Source: SAR202 cluster bacterium | GTDB lineage: Bacteria; Chloroflexota; Dehalococcoidia; Lucifugimonadales; UBA826 | Direction: 5' to 3' | DNA length: 64,000 nt | Assembly (NCBI GenBank): GCA_022447825.1 | Contig: JAKUTY010000001.1 | Coordinates: 127,777-191,776 of the forward strand | Shown here: positions 42,150 through 52,716 of the stretch, in pieces | Layout: each line of letters starts with the position of its first letter | Position numbering within the stretch: position 1 is the first letter of the stretch | Notes under the pieces: generated by a model | What the model was told of the DNA's origin: nothing | Seen by the model: only the letters and a program-made list of their open reading frames with translations | The model's database searches: none | Translations under genes and position numbers: made by a program

Positions 42150-42559
42150 TATTCGTTCCTAGTTCCATATTTACTTCTACTACGCTTTCTGTCTTGCACA
42201 CCTGCAGTGTCTAATACTCCTCTAACAACGTGATATCTAACACCAGGCAAATCTCTTACTCTTCCACCTCTTATCAAAACAGAAGAGTGCTCTTGCAAGT
42301 TATGTCCTTCACCAGGAATATAAGCAGTTACTTCCATACCGTTAGTCAGCCTTACTCTTGCAACTTTCCGTAAAGCAGAATTAGGCTTCTTTGGAGTTTG
42401 CGTACGAACTTGTACACATACACCTCTTTTATGGGGTGAACCTGCGCCTCTAGTACCTTTATTTTTCAAGGTATTCCAAGAAAGATCTAAAGCAGGAGCT
42501 GTATTCTTCCTAAATTTCTTTTTTCTTTTCTTTCTTATCAACTGATTTACTGTAGGCAT
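42149..42559 (-). CDS. rpsL: 30S ribosomal protein S12
   Basis: 136 aa with [14 protein letters not shown] and [11 protein letters not shown]. Confidence 0.96.
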   Translation of the reverse strand: MPTVNQLIRKKRKKKFRKNTAPALDLSWNTLKNKGTRGAGSPHKRGVCVQVRTQTPKKPNSALRKVARVRLTNGMEVTAYIPGEGHNLQEHSSVLIRGGRVRDLPGVRYHVVRGVLDTAGVQDRKRSRSKYGTRNE

Positions 42560-42587
42560 ATTGTTCCTTAAATAAATTTTTACACAG

Positions 42588-42613
42588 AAAAAATAAGCCC
42601 CATTTTTAGGGGC
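42588..42613 (-). terminator. Intrinsic-terminator-like hairpin (GCCCC-7 nt-GGGGC followed by TTATTTTTT) between rimM and rpsL
   Basis: Minus strand reads GCCCCtaaaaatGGGGCttatttttt. The stem is short at 5 bp, so strength is uncertain. Confidence 0.5.
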
Positions 42614-42624
42614 GACAAGGAAAA

Positions 42625-42653
42625 ATTATAGTCTTGACCACATTGACTGTCAA
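42625..42653 (-). promoter_or_regulatory. Perfect-consensus sigma70 promoter upstream of rpsL
   Basis: Minus strand reads TTGACA (42653-42648), a 17-nt spacer gtcaatgtggtcaagac, then TATAAT (42630-42625). Confidence 0.6.
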
Positions 42654-42685
42654 CGATTACTGATAATTAAAATCTAAGTAAATTA

Positions 42686-43204
42686 TTAAAGACGAGTATT
42701 TAGACTCTCATTTAAATTAATTATCATTTTAGAATTTAGCAAATCTATGTTTTTTATATATTCAGAAAGGGCAGGAATTAATATATCTGGTTGGCCTTCT
42801 AACTTAATCACATAGACGTCATTAGATCCTGTTTCAATAATTTCCACTATTTCACCCAAAAAATTATCTTTGAGATCGTAAACTATAATTCCTATCAGTT
42901 GATGATGAAAATACATCCCGGCATCTAAAGTAAGTTCTGAACTCTCAATTGTTAAATCTTGACCAATCAAATTTTCTGCCTGTTCTCGATTATTAATGCC
43001 TACAAGCTTAATAATGATTCCTCTAGCAGAATTTGAATGAGAAGCTATCTGATGATTTTGACCATTAACAAATAATGTTTTCCCAACGTTAAACCGAGTA
43101 TCCACATCAGAGAAAGAACGGATTTTTAATTCCCCTTTTAATCCTCTGACCCCACTGATAACACCTACTAGAATATGATCAGCGGGAATATTACCTAGTG
43201 TCAC
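42686..43204 (-). CDS. rimM: 16S rRNA processing protein RimM
   Basis: 172 aa. RimM N-terminal motif (GVISGVRGLKGELKIRSF) plus a PRC-barrel C-terminus. Follows rpsP and the KH gene. Confidence 0.88.
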   Translation of the reverse strand: MTLGNIPADHILVGVISGVRGLKGELKIRSFSDVDTRFNVGKTLFVNGQNHQIASHSNSARGIIIKLVGINNREQAENLIGQDLTIESSELTLDAGMYFHHQLIGIIVYDLKDNFLGEIVEIIETGSNDVYVIKLEGQPDILIPALSEYIKNIDLLNSKMIINLNESLNTRL

Positions 43205-43216
43205 TTTAATCTCAAA

Positions 43217-43453
43217 CTATTCGATTTCTAAAACTGCGTGGACCCCTTCTTTGACTGCAGCCACTCGTAATAGAGAACGAATTGATTGGGCAACTACACC
43301 TTTTCTGCCAATGATTCGGCCTTTATCTTCAGGGTTCACCTGTAAGGTAAATAATAATTTCTCTGATGAATCATCACATTCAACTATTACATCATCAGGA
43401 TGGGACACAATAGACCGGGCTATGTACTCAATCAAAGCTTTCATATCAGTCAT
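43217..43453 (-). CDS. KH-domain RNA-binding protein (YlqC/KhpA family)
   Basis: 78 aa with GRIIGRKG (GxxG) KH motif. Classic position between rpsP and rimM. Confidence 0.85.
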   Translation of the reverse strand: MTDMKALIEYIARSIVSHPDDVIVECDDSSEKLLFTLQVNPEDKGRIIGRKGVVAQSIRSLLRVAAVKEGVHAVLEIE

Positions 43454-43467
43454 AATTACCTTCGATA

Positions 43468-43734
43468 TTATTCTGATTCTGTTTCAGATTCAGAACTAGC
43501 AACTTCAGCTTTCTCGATCATTCTACGTACTGCATCAGTAGGTTGAGCTCCCAATCGCATCCATTCTCTCGCCTTATCAGAATCAATTACCACTTCTGGA
43601 GGATCCATTCGGGGGTTATAGTGGCCTAAATGATCAACAAAGGCACCATCTCGTGGTTTACGTTGGTCAGCTACAACTATTCTATAACTAGGTTGATTTT
43701 TTGAACCTGTTCTTTTTAATCGAATTCTTAACAA
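43468..43734 (-). CDS. rpsP: 30S ribosomal protein S16
   Basis: 88 aa, N-terminus MLRIRLKRTGSKNQPSYRIVVAD. Confidence 0.95.
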   Translation of the reverse strand: MLRIRLKRTGSKNQPSYRIVVADQRKPRDGAFVDHLGHYNPRMDPPEVVIDSDKAREWMRLGAQPTDAVRRMIEKAEVASSESETESE

Positions 43735-43737
43735 AGC

Positions 43738-44004
43738 TTACTCCTCCGAAGATGAATCTACATCTTGAATTGCTTTCATAATCCTAGATTTTCTTCGAGC
43801 AGCATTTTTAGGGTGAATTGCCCCTCTTTGAGCAGCCCTATCCAATGAAGAATAAACTTGAGTTGCTGTTTCACGGGCTTGATCAATATCACCATCACTT
43901 AATAGTTTTCTAACTTTAGTGATCTGGTTTCTAGCCTTTGATTTCAAAGGCAATTTATTTTCTCTTTTTCTCAAACTAACCCTGTGGGCTTTTGCACTTG
44001 GCAC
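43738..44004 (-). CDS. rpsT: 30S ribosomal protein S20
   Basis: 88-aa basic helical protein with IHPKNAARRKSR near the C-terminus. Confidence 0.9.
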   Translation of the reverse strand: MPSAKAHRVSLRKRENKLPLKSKARNQITKVRKLLSDGDIDQARETATQVYSSLDRAAQRGAIHPKNAARRKSRIMKAIQDVDSSSEE

Positions 44005-44018
44005 AGTATATAAATCTC

Positions 44019-46235
44019 CTATACTCGCTTACTTTCAATACCTCTCAGACGTATTACACCCAAAACTCCACTCACCGCTTCTAGCTTTGTATAAAGCCTA
44101 TCAAGTTGCTCGATACCACTGGTATAAACAGTCAAAGAAATAAAAACCATATCATCGTACTCTTCTGTATTGATATTGGCAATATTTATTTTCTCACTAG
44201 ATATAATTGTAGTTACATCTCCCAACAAGCCTACGCGATCTTCACATTTTAATTGAATACGTACAGGATTAAGCGTTTTTGTTTCTCCCCAAGTGACAGT
44301 AACTAATCTTTCAGATTCATCTTCTGAAAGAATATTAGGGCAATTTTGACGGTGAACAGAAACACCTCTTCCCCTAGTAATAAAACCTACAATCAAGTCA
44401 CCCATTATGGGATTACAACACCTAGCAATACTAGTATATAAATCTCCAACACCCAAAACTTGGATTCCAGATGCAGGACCAGTTTTTGGAGTCTCAACAT
44501 AATTTAATTTGTTAGGTTCATCTTCATTAGTAGTTAATCTGTTTAAAATTTTCTCAGTAGTTAAGGATCCATCTCCTAAAGCTACAAACAAGTCATCAAT
44601 GCTGTTATAGCGCAATAATTTTGCAACTTTTACTTCTCCAACATCTAGATCTAATCGACCTAATTTTTGAAATAATTCCTTCCCTCTAGAAATATTAGTC
44701 TGTCTTTCTTGTTTATTAAACCAATGCCTAATTTTTGTTCTAGCAGAAGCAGTTTTTACATACCCAAAACTTGGATTAATCCAATCATGACTTGGGCCTT
44801 TCATTGTCTTACTTGTCATGATTTGTACAGTATCTCCATTATTCAATTCATGATTTAAAGATACCAGTTTGCCATTCACCTTTGCCCCAACACACCCATG
44901 CCCAACATCAGTATGAATCCTATATGCAAAATCTAAAGATGTTGCTCCAATTGGTAACTCAACAACATCTTCATTCGGTGTATAAACAAATACTTGATTC
45001 TGGAAAATATCAGTTTTAAACGACTCTACAAATTCTATCGCCCCGCTAGCATCTCGTTGCCAATCAAGTAATTGACGCAACCAAGTCATTTTCTCTTCAA
45101 ATACTTTATCTGACTCTACCCCTTCTTTATACAACCAATGAGCTGCAACTCCATATTCAGCAACTTCATGCATTTCTTTCGTACGGATTTGTACTTCAAC
45201 AGGTAAAGAATTTTCTCCCAAAACTGCTGTATGTAAAGATTGGTACAAATTATCTTTTGGGTTTGCTATGTAATCGTCAAATTGGTTTGGCAAAGGGTGG
45301 TATTTAGTATGTATAACGCCGAGAGCTGCATAACAATCTTTGATCTCATTAACAATGATTCTGACCGCAAACAGGTCATGTATTTCACTTACTTCTCTAT
45401 TCACTTCAGAGTATTTCTGAATTTTTTTATGAATACTGTAAATATGTTTAGGTCTTCCATAAACTTCAGATGAAATATCCTGATCAGATAGTTCATTTTC
45501 AATTTGAGTAACAATCTTTTCAACATAAGCTTCTCTGACTTGTCGTTTTGAATTCAATCGTTTAGAAATATTTTTATATTCGTGAGGATTTATTTGCTGA
45601 AAAGACAAATCTTCTAATAACCATTTAATTTCCCAAATCCCTAATCTGTGTGCTAAAGGCGCATAAATTTCTATAGTTTCTCGAGACATGGCTAATCTAC
45701 GATTTGGGGGTAAATAAGAAATGGTTCTCATGTTATGTAAGCGATCTGCCAATTTAATTAGCACTACTCTCACATCATCTGCCATAGCCATTAACATTTT
45801 TCTTAGAGTTTCTGCTTGAGCAATATCTTCAGGTTGATCATCATGTAAGAAATTTGCACTTGGAGAAAATTCGCTATCACCAATCACATCGTTTCTAGAT
45901 AATTTTGTAACCCCATCAACCAATCTACTCACATCGAGCCCAAAAAGCCTTTCAATATCCTCAGCATCACAATCACAATCTTCTACAACATCATGAAGCA
46001 AAGCTGCAGCTATAGTACTAGAATCTAGCTTTAGATCAGCTAAAAATATTGCTGTCTGCTTGGGGTGCTCAAAAAAATCCTCCCCAGAAAGGCGCAATTG
46101 ACCTTCATGAGCTTCTTGAGCAAAGTTATAAGCTTTTTCGATAAACTTAATATCTTTATTGTTCAGATAAACTTCAATTTTTGAATATAAACCTGAATCT
46201 ATCGTGCAATCTTTTTGTTTTACCATAAATCCCAC
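44019..46235 (-). CDS. rel: Bifunctional (p)ppGpp synthetase/hydrolase (RelA/SpoT homologue)
   Basis: 738 aa. HD hydrolase motif (LLHDVVED), synthetase domain, and TGS and ACT-like C-terminal domains. Confidence 0.93.
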   Translation of the reverse strand: MGFMVKQKDCTIDSGLYSKIEVYLNNKDIKFIEKAYNFAQEAHEGQLRLSGEDFFEHPKQTAIFLADLKLDSSTIAAALLHDVVEDCDCDAEDIERLFGLDVSRLVDGVTKLSRNDVIGDSEFSPSANFLHDDQPEDIAQAETLRKMLMAMADDVRVVLIKLADRLHNMRTISYLPPNRRLAMSRETIEIYAPLAHRLGIWEIKWLLEDLSFQQINPHEYKNISKRLNSKRQVREAYVEKIVTQIENELSDQDISSEVYGRPKHIYSIHKKIQKYSEVNREVSEIHDLFAVRIIVNEIKDCYAALGVIHTKYHPLPNQFDDYIANPKDNLYQSLHTAVLGENSLPVEVQIRTKEMHEVAEYGVAAHWLYKEGVESDKVFEEKMTWLRQLLDWQRDASGAIEFVESFKTDIFQNQVFVYTPNEDVVELPIGATSLDFAYRIHTDVGHGCVGAKVNGKLVSLNHELNNGDTVQIMTSKTMKGPSHDWINPSFGYVKTASARTKIRHWFNKQERQTNISRGKELFQKLGRLDLDVGEVKVAKLLRYNSIDDLFVALGDGSLTTEKILNRLTTNEDEPNKLNYVETPKTGPASGIQVLGVGDLYTSIARCCNPIMGDLIVGFITRGRGVSVHRQNCPNILSEDESERLVTVTWGETKTLNPVRIQLKCEDRVGLLGDVTTIISSEKINIANINTEEYDDMVFISLTVYTSGIEQLDRLYTKLEAVSGVLGVIRLRGIESKRV

Positions 46236-46335
46236 ACATATTTATCGTATTGACTTATGATTATAGCTCAAGAGAGAAATTCCAACATTTTTGTATACAA
46301 TATTTGTAGCAAGCCTCATTAATTTGGAGAAACTA

Positions 46336-47607
46336 ATGCGATTTCAAGCACCACGAGGAACATTCGATATTCTTCCTAACGAAGAAGACACCTGGAATCA
46401 AGTTCAACATGCTTGTTTTGAGACAGCAAGGTTGTTTGGTTATAGATATATAGAAACACCTATATTCGAAGAATCTGGTTTATTTGAGAGAACAGTTGGG
46501 GAAGATACGGATATAGTTGAAAAGGAAATGTATTCATTTGAAGATAAAGGTGGAGAAAATATTAGTCTAAGGCCTGAAAATACTGCAGGTGTTTGCAGAG
46601 CCTTTATAGAAAATGGATTACACAATACAACTTTACCATCAAGACTTTTCTATTATGGACCAATGTTTAGATATGAAAGGCCTCAGTCTGGACGATATAG
46701 GCAATTTCATCAATTTGGAATCGAATGTATTGGAGACGAATCACCGGATGTTGATTATGAAGTTATAAAAATCGCTTGGGATATATTAAACACTCTCAAC
46801 TTTAGTAATGTGATTTTAAACATTAATTCACTAGGAGATAGTCAAGATAGGTTTTTATATACTGAAGAATTAAAAAAATATTTTAGTAAATACTTAAATG
46901 ACTTACCCAAAGTAGATCAACTTAGGTTTGAAAGATCTCCACTTAGAATTCTTGACTCCAAAGAAGAGGTAACAATTAAAATTTCCGAAGAAGCACCTAA
47001 AACTCTAGATTTTATATCTTCTGAAAGCTTAATTCATCATGAAAATTTAATACAAAATTTGGAACAATTGAGTTCAATTGATGAAAAATTTCAATATAAA
47101 ATCAATAATCGATTAGTCAGGGGGCTAGATTATTACAACAAGACAGTATTTGAGTATACAAGTGACTCTTCTGGTCCTCAAGGGGTTCTGCTTGGAGGTG
47201 GAAGATATGACCCATTAATTAAAATTTTAGGAGGACAAGATACACCTGCCGTGGGTTTTGCTATGGGAATTGAAAGAGCTGTAAATGAGCTGAAGAAAAA
47301 TATTGATATAGAAAAAAACTATGTTGATGCTGTACTAATTGTTACAGATGAAGATCTAAGAATACAATCAACCCAAATAGCGAATAGTCTAAGAAGTCAT
47401 CAGATTAAAACAATTATTGCTCCTAGAAAATCAATAAAAGCTCAAATGAGATTTGCAAACAATATAAATTCAAAATCAGCTGTTTTTATCGGTAAAAGTG
47501 AGTTAGAAGATAATAAACTATCTATTAAATTATTACAGAAAAAATCTGAACAAATCGATATAGCTATGGATGATTTAAATCAATTAAATAAAATTTTAAA
47601 TTCTTAG
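46336..47607 (+). CDS. hisS: Histidyl-tRNA synthetase
   Basis: HisRS N-terminus MRFQAPRGTFD and class II motifs (FRYERPQSGRYRQFHQ). ATG 46336 has a GGAGA SD. The ORF-track TTG start at 46291 is likely too long. Confidence 0.92.
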   Translation: MRFQAPRGTFDILPNEEDTWNQVQHACFETARLFGYRYIETPIFEESGLFERTVGEDTDIVEKEMYSFEDKGGENISLRPENTAGVCRAFIENGLHNTTLPSRLFYYGPMFRYERPQSGRYRQFHQFGIECIGDESPDVDYEVIKIAWDILNTLNFSNVILNINSLGDSQDRFLYTEELKKYFSKYLNDLPKVDQLRFERSPLRILDSKEEVTIKISEEAPKTLDFISSESLIHHENLIQNLEQLSSIDEKFQYKINNRLVRGLDYYNKTVFEYTSDSSGPQGVLLGGGRYDPLIKILGGQDTPAVGFAMGIERAVNELKKNIDIEKNYVDAVLIVTDEDLRIQSTQIANSLRSHQIKTIIAPRKSIKAQMRFANNINSKSAVFIGKSELEDNKLSIKLLQKKSEQIDIAMDDLNQLNKILNS

Positions 47608-47634
47608 TAGAAAGCTTTTTGAGGAAAAATTACA

Positions 47635-48819
47635 TTGATAAATACTAATCTGACCAAAACTATTCAAGAATCTCAATCTATGATGATAGACCAAGGAATC
47701 AACGGATGGCTTCTTTACGATTATCGAGGAATGAATCCTATTCTTTGGGACACAATTGGACATATCTCACATGTCACTAGACCATGTTGGTTTTGGATAC
47801 CTCAAACAGGCTCTCCTGAAATAATCTGTAGCTATGTAGATCAAAACAGATTCGAGCAATTAGATTTTAAAACTAATTTTTGGGTAAGTAGAAATGACAT
47901 GATAGAAATACTCAAAAACATACTAAAAACTTCCAAAAAAATTGCTATGGAATACTCTCCATTAGTTTCTCTTCCTCGGATTTCAAAAGTTGATGCTGGG
48001 ACTATAGAGTTAATCAAAAGCTTAGGCGTGGAGGTAATTTCTTCAGCAGATTTGGTTCAATTTTCCACCCAAAGGTGGGATCAAAAAGATCTAAACTCTC
48101 ATCTAAAAGCTGCTGACATATTAACCTCTACGGTTAAATCAGCATTTGATTTTATAGGGTCAAATATTAATTCAAATCCATATGAATTTGAAATAGCTGA
48201 ATACATAAGAGACATGTTCAAAAACAACAATTTATATTCACCTGACGGACCAGTTGTAGCAGCAAACTACCATTCTGCTGACCCACATTTTGAACCTACT
48301 AAAGAATCTTCAAATAAAATTTTTGAAGGCGACTGGATTTTAATAGATCTTTGGGGTTGCCTAGAAGAATCGCAAGGCATGTATGCTGATATTACTTGGA
48401 CGGCATATGTTGGAGACAAAATCCCAGAAAAAAACCAATCCGTTTTTAATGCAGTAATTGGAGGTAGGGATAAGGCGGTAGAAATGATGAAAAAATCACA
48501 CTCTAATGGCGAAATTTTACAAGGATGGGAATTAGATAAAATTGCTAGAGATTACATCACCTCATGTGGATATGGTGAGTATTTCAGTCACAGATTAGGG
48601 CATAGCTTAGGTAGAGAAGTTCATAGCAATGCGGTTAATTTAGATGGGTGGGAAACTCATGATACACGGTCTTTCGTCCCACAAATTGCCGTAACAGTTG
48701 AACCAGGGGTGTATATCCCTGAAGAATTTGGAGTTAGATCTGAAATAGATGTCTTTTACTACGAAGAAGGCCCAAAAGTAACTACCGAAATTCAAACTGA
48801 ACCATACATTATCAGATAA
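47635..48819 (+). CDS. M24-family metallopeptidase (Xaa-Pro aminopeptidase/prolidase-like)
   Basis: 394 aa. Creatinase-like N-domain plus pita-bread fold with ligand segments (DLWG, DITWT, HRLGHSLG, VEPG, RSEID). Confidence 0.75.
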   Translation: MINTNLTKTIQESQSMMIDQGINGWLLYDYRGMNPILWDTIGHISHVTRPCWFWIPQTGSPEIICSYVDQNRFEQLDFKTNFWVSRNDMIEILKNILKTSKKIAMEYSPLVSLPRISKVDAGTIELIKSLGVEVISSADLVQFSTQRWDQKDLNSHLKAADILTSTVKSAFDFIGSNINSNPYEFEIAEYIRDMFKNNNLYSPDGPVVAANYHSADPHFEPTKESSNKIFEGDWILIDLWGCLEESQGMYADITWTAYVGDKIPEKNQSVFNAVIGGRDKAVEMMKKSHSNGEILQGWELDKIARDYITSCGYGEYFSHRLGHSLGREVHSNAVNLDGWETHDTRSFVPQIAVTVEPGVYIPEEFGVRSEIDVFYYEEGPKVTTEIQTEPYIIR

Positions 48820-48821
48820 AT

Positions 48822-50102
48822 TTATTGATAACGATTTCTAGGTAATTTCACAAAAACTAAGGTTATTGTCGATATTAAAGCTACGATACCACTATATATA
48901 AATGGCATTTTCAACCCGTTTGGCTGGCCAACAAAATCAGACAACGCTCCTGCTATAAAGGGAGAAATAAATCCAATAATTGTCGCAGCATAAATCAACG
49001 AAACAACAGTCGATTGAGATTTGCCGTCTACAGTATCCATAGCTGCAGCAATAAAAATTGTGTGCAAAGAATAAACGAAACAACCCATTACTAAAACGTT
49101 AATTATCAAAGGAATCCCATCAACTGAAAAATATAATAAAAAATATAATAAGGACAACAATGTCATAGCAGGAATTAATACAATTTTTCTCCCATACTTA
49201 TCGGATATCCAACCCATTAATGGTTGGGCAACAATTCCTGCAACTTGAGAACCAGCTAAATATAATCCAACAGTTAACTCATCTTTTCCTAGACCACCTT
49301 CTTCTAATCCAGATAATAAATAAACAGGCAGAAAAACAGCTATAGCCTCTTGACCCATAGCTCTAAATCCAGTGACAAAAATCAAACCTAACATAGATTT
49401 GTTTTTTAATAATAAACCCAAATCATAAAAATATTTTTTCAAAGAATCAGTATTAGTTTGATTGCTAGGAATATCTCTCATCATTAAATAAACAATTATT
49501 GCAGAAACAAAGGCTGGGATAATTCCTATTCTGAAAATTTCTCTCCATGTAAATGCAAATAAGTATGTAACAGTAATTATGCTTCCCACTTTGAAAGTTT
49601 CTGTTGTTAAAAGCCCCACTATTAAAGGGCCCAACATCTGCCCTACCGAACCTCCAGTGCCATGTAAAGAAATCGCAAACCCTCTTTTGTCAGGAAATTT
49701 TCTAGATAAAGAAGCTATAGCTGGAGGATGATATAAAGAAGGTCCAATACCTACCAGTAGCATGGCTCCTAAAATCCACCAAAAACTTGGAGCAATGCCT
49801 AATAAAAAATACGAAATACCCATTAGAGACAGAGAAACAAAAAGCATCAACCCTGATTTGTTTGCAAATCTCTCACCCAAATATCCAGCAATCATAGTAG
49901 TCGCACCATTTGTTGCGCGATTTGCACCTGTAATCACACCATATAACTTCCCACTTAATCCAACTTCTAATTTCAATTTAGCTAAAAGAATTGGTGTGGC
50001 AGACAAATAAATGTGTTTAATTGCATGTCCGAAAATTACAGCTGCTGCTAATTGGTTTCGGCCTTTACGGTAATCTTGGGAACTTATATCATCAGGATCC
50101 AT
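48822..50102 (-). CDS. MFS transporter, substrate unknown
   Basis: 426-aa polytopic hydrophobic protein, 35 nt downstream of thiD on the same strand. Confidence 0.75.
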   Translation of the reverse strand: MDPDDISSQDYRKGRNQLAAAVIFGHAIKHIYLSATPILLAKLKLEVGLSGKLYGVITGANRATNGATTMIAGYLGERFANKSGLMLFVSLSLMGISYFLLGIAPSFWWILGAMLLVGIGPSLYHPPAIASLSRKFPDKRGFAISLHGTGGSVGQMLGPLIVGLLTTETFKVGSIITVTYLFAFTWREIFRIGIIPAFVSAIIVYLMMRDIPSNQTNTDSLKKYFYDLGLLLKNKSMLGLIFVTGFRAMGQEAIAVFLPVYLLSGLEEGGLGKDELTVGLYLAGSQVAGIVAQPLMGWISDKYGRKIVLIPAMTLLSLLYFLLYFSVDGIPLIINVLVMGCFVYSLHTIFIAAAMDTVDGKSQSTVVSLIYAATIIGFISPFIAGALSDFVGQPNGLKMPFIYSGIVALISTITLVFVKLPRNRYQ

Positions 50103-50136
50103 ATATTAATTACCTTTAGATTTATGATGTTGCATC

Positions 50137-50949
50137 TTAGTCAAAATTCCAAAATTTGTAAAAATGGTTTAATGGACCATGTCCGTTTCCTATTTGAAAA
50201 TTATTTAATATAGAATTTAATACATAATCTTTTGCATCTGACACTGATTCATACAATGGCTTTTGTTTTGCAATTCCCGAAGCTATTGCAGATGCAAAAG
50301 TGCATCCCGTGCCATGAGTATTTGAAGTTTCTACACGTCTAGCATCAAAAACATAAAATTCATTCCCGTCAAAGAAAATATCTGTAGCATTTTCTTGATT
50401 AAAATGACCCCCTTTTACAACAACGTTTGATGCACCCATTTCATACAACTTCAAAGCGGCCTTTTTAGCTGAATCAATATCTATTACTTCTATATTAGTT
50501 AATTCACTAGCCTCTGGAGCATTAGGAGTAACAATAAAGCTTCTAGGTATCAATACACTACTTAGAGAATGGATAGCATCATTTTTTAAAAGTGAATCTC
50601 CACCTTTTGCAACCATAACAGGATCTAAAACAATTTTTTTATCAGGAAAATTTGATAAACAATTACTTACACATTCAATTATTTCCACAGAAGACAACAT
50701 GCCAATCTTGATTACATCAGTGTCAATATCATTCATTACAGAATTAAATTGACTTTCAATAATGGATACTGGTAGCTCTAAAATTTCATCAACACCTAAA
50801 GTATTTTGAGCGGTAATTGCTGTTAAAATTGAGGTACCGTACACTCCATGTGCGGCAAAAGTTTTTAAATCAGCTTGTATACCAGCCCCTCCTCCTGAAT
50901 CAGAGCCTGCAATAGTCATAGCCTTAAAAACATTAAACTTGTTTTCCAT
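50137..50949 (-). CDS. thiD: Hydroxymethylpyrimidine/phosphomethylpyrimidine kinase
   Basis: 270 aa with ThiD signature [20 protein letters not shown]...TAQNT. Confidence 0.9.
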   Translation of the reverse strand: MENKFNVFKAMTIAGSDSGGGAGIQADLKTFAAHGVYGTSILTAITAQNTLGVDEILELPVSIIESQFNSVMNDIDTDVIKIGMLSSVEIIECVSNCLSNFPDKKIVLDPVMVAKGGDSLLKNDAIHSLSSVLIPRSFIVTPNAPEASELTNIEVIDIDSAKKAALKLYEMGASNVVVKGGHFNQENATDIFFDGNEFYVFDARRVETSNTHGTGCTFASAIASGIAKQKPLYESVSDAKDYVLNSILNNFQIGNGHGPLNHFYKFWNFD

Positions 50950-50952
50950 ATC

Positions 50953-51927
50953 TCACTTTGTATATTGATCAGTAAAAGATTTAGAAGGATTTACCAAATT
51001 ATCAGTAATCTGATTATCATGCATCCAATTCGAAAAACTTTCCCATTTTTCTAGTTTTTGTGTTCCAAAATTTCCATCCTCATCCTGCCACAAATTCTTC
51101 AACAAATTAGCTCCTGGTCTATCTATGTCTGCATCAATTTCAGGAACATACTTAATAAGAGTGTCTACTCCAGCCTGAGGATCATTTATAGCTTTTGTGT
51201 ATCCTTTTATTACTGCTCTAGTAAATCGTTCAACAATTTGGGGATTTTCAGATAAATAATCCTCACTTGTCACCAAAACAAGTTCATAATAATCAGGAAC
51301 TCCCCAATCTTCCATCCTTATAACATTCACTGGATAACCTTCATTTTCTAAAGCAATACTCTCATGGGTATAATATGCTCCTACTATTGCATCAACAGTA
51401 TTTGAAATTAAAGAAGAACCTAATTCCCATCCGACATTTACAACCTCTACATCAGATATTGAAATATCAGAACTCTGTAACATTGTAGCTAAAGCGTCTT
51501 CATTCCAAGGTATTCCTGGATAACCGACCTTTTTACCTTTTAAATCATCAGGAGTATCAATTCCTGATGATTTTAAAACCATCATTGAATTTAACGGATG
51601 TTGGACCATACCTAACACTGACACAACGGGAACACCTTGATCTCTAGCTATCAATACATCAGGTTGATAATTCATGCCAAAATCATCAGAGCCAGCAGCA
51701 ACAGTCTGCAAAACAGTTGAAGGATCCGATGGAGTATAAATTTCTACATCTAAATTCTCTTCATCAAAGTATCCTTCATCCAAAGCAATGTACAAACCTA
51801 TATGATTAGCATTCGGATACCAATCCAAAGCTAATGTAACTTTTTCCGTTTGAGTTTGTGCACTACATGACAAAAACACAAATGTCAGCGCACAAATCAT
51901 TAAAATTTTAATTAATTGGGTATACAT
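50953..51927 (-). CDS. NMT1/THI5-like ABC substrate-binding lipoprotein (ThiY-like pyrimidine-precursor binding)
   Basis: 324 aa. Signal peptide ending [21 protein letters not shown] motif typical of NMT1/THI5-like binders. Lies in the TPP-riboswitch operon with thiD. Confidence 0.75.
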   Translation of the reverse strand: MYTQLIKILMICALTFVFLSCSAQTQTEKVTLALDWYPNANHIGLYIALDEGYFDEENLDVEIYTPSDPSTVLQTVAAGSDDFGMNYQPDVLIARDQGVPVVSVLGMVQHPLNSMMVLKSSGIDTPDDLKGKKVGYPGIPWNEDALATMLQSSDISISDVEVVNVGWELGSSLISNTVDAIVGAYYTHESIALENEGYPVNVIRMEDWGVPDYYELVLVTSEDYLSENPQIVERFTRAVIKGYTKAINDPQAGVDTLIKYVPEIDADIDRPGANLLKNLWQDEDGNFGTQKLEKWESFSNWMHDNQITDNLVNPSKSFTDQYTK

Positions 51928-51942
51928 AAAATCTCCTAAAAT

Positions 51943-52716
51943 TTAATCCTTAGAATTTTCAAACCTCGACCAAGGAATTATTAATCTTTCTAAAATACCT
52001 ACTAATAAAAAAAGTCCAATTCCTATAGTAGATAAAATAAATATTGAAGCAAAAACCAACTCAGTAAGAAACTGAGGTTTTGATCGTATCATCAGATATC
52101 CCAAACCTTCGCTAGACCCAACCCATTCTCCAATTACAGCACCAATTACACTTAAAGAAACAGCGATTCTAACTCCCGAAAAAAGATATGGAAGAGAGCT
52201 AGGAATCATGATTTTTCTAAAAATTTGCCAATTACTTGCACCCATAGTCAAAAGTAATTTTTTCATATCAGTATCAAGAGATTTCATTCCATCAGCAGTA
52301 TTAACCACTATCGGGAAAAAGCTAATTAATGCAACAACAATAATTTTTGGTAACAACCCATATCCTACCCAAACTAACAACATAGGAGCTATAACGATGA
52401 TAGGAATAGTTTGTAAAGAAATCAAAAACGGATACAAAGATTTTTCAACTGTATTAGATAACCCAATAGCTGAAGCTATAACAAATCCAAAAATTAAAGC
52501 AACAATAAACCCAATTAATATTTCTTGTAGGGTCACCAAAGTATGATCAAACAATTTTGAAAAATCTAAATAAAGTGATTTAAAAATTTCTGATGGCGGA
52601 GGTAAAAGCCAATTGGGAATATTTTGAATATTTACTAAGATTTCCCAGAGTACAAATACGGTTACAACTATTAGTATCGAAGGAATTAAATCAATTAATT
52701 TATTTTTATTCATCAC
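51943..52716 (-). CDS. ABC transporter permease (ThiX-like)
   Basis: 257-aa polytopic BPD-type permease that overlaps the ATPase gene by 11 nt. Confidence 0.8.
   Translation of the reverse strand: MMNKNKLIDLIPSILIVVTVFVLWEILVNIQNIPNWLLPPPSEIFKSLYLDFSKLFDHTLVTLQEILIGFIVALIFGFVIASAIGLSNTVEKSLYPFLISLQTIPIIVIAPMLLVWVGYGLLPKIIVVALISFFPIVVNTADGMKSLDTDMKKLLLTMGASNWQIFRKIMIPSSLPYLFSGVRIAVSLSVIGAVIGEWVGSSEGLGYLMIRSKPQFLTELVFASIFILSTIGIGLFLLVGILERLIIPWSRFENSKD

Noticed and set aside
52208-52546. 112-aa + strand ORF antisense to the ABC permease
   Set aside because: A shadow ORF inside a well-supported gene.
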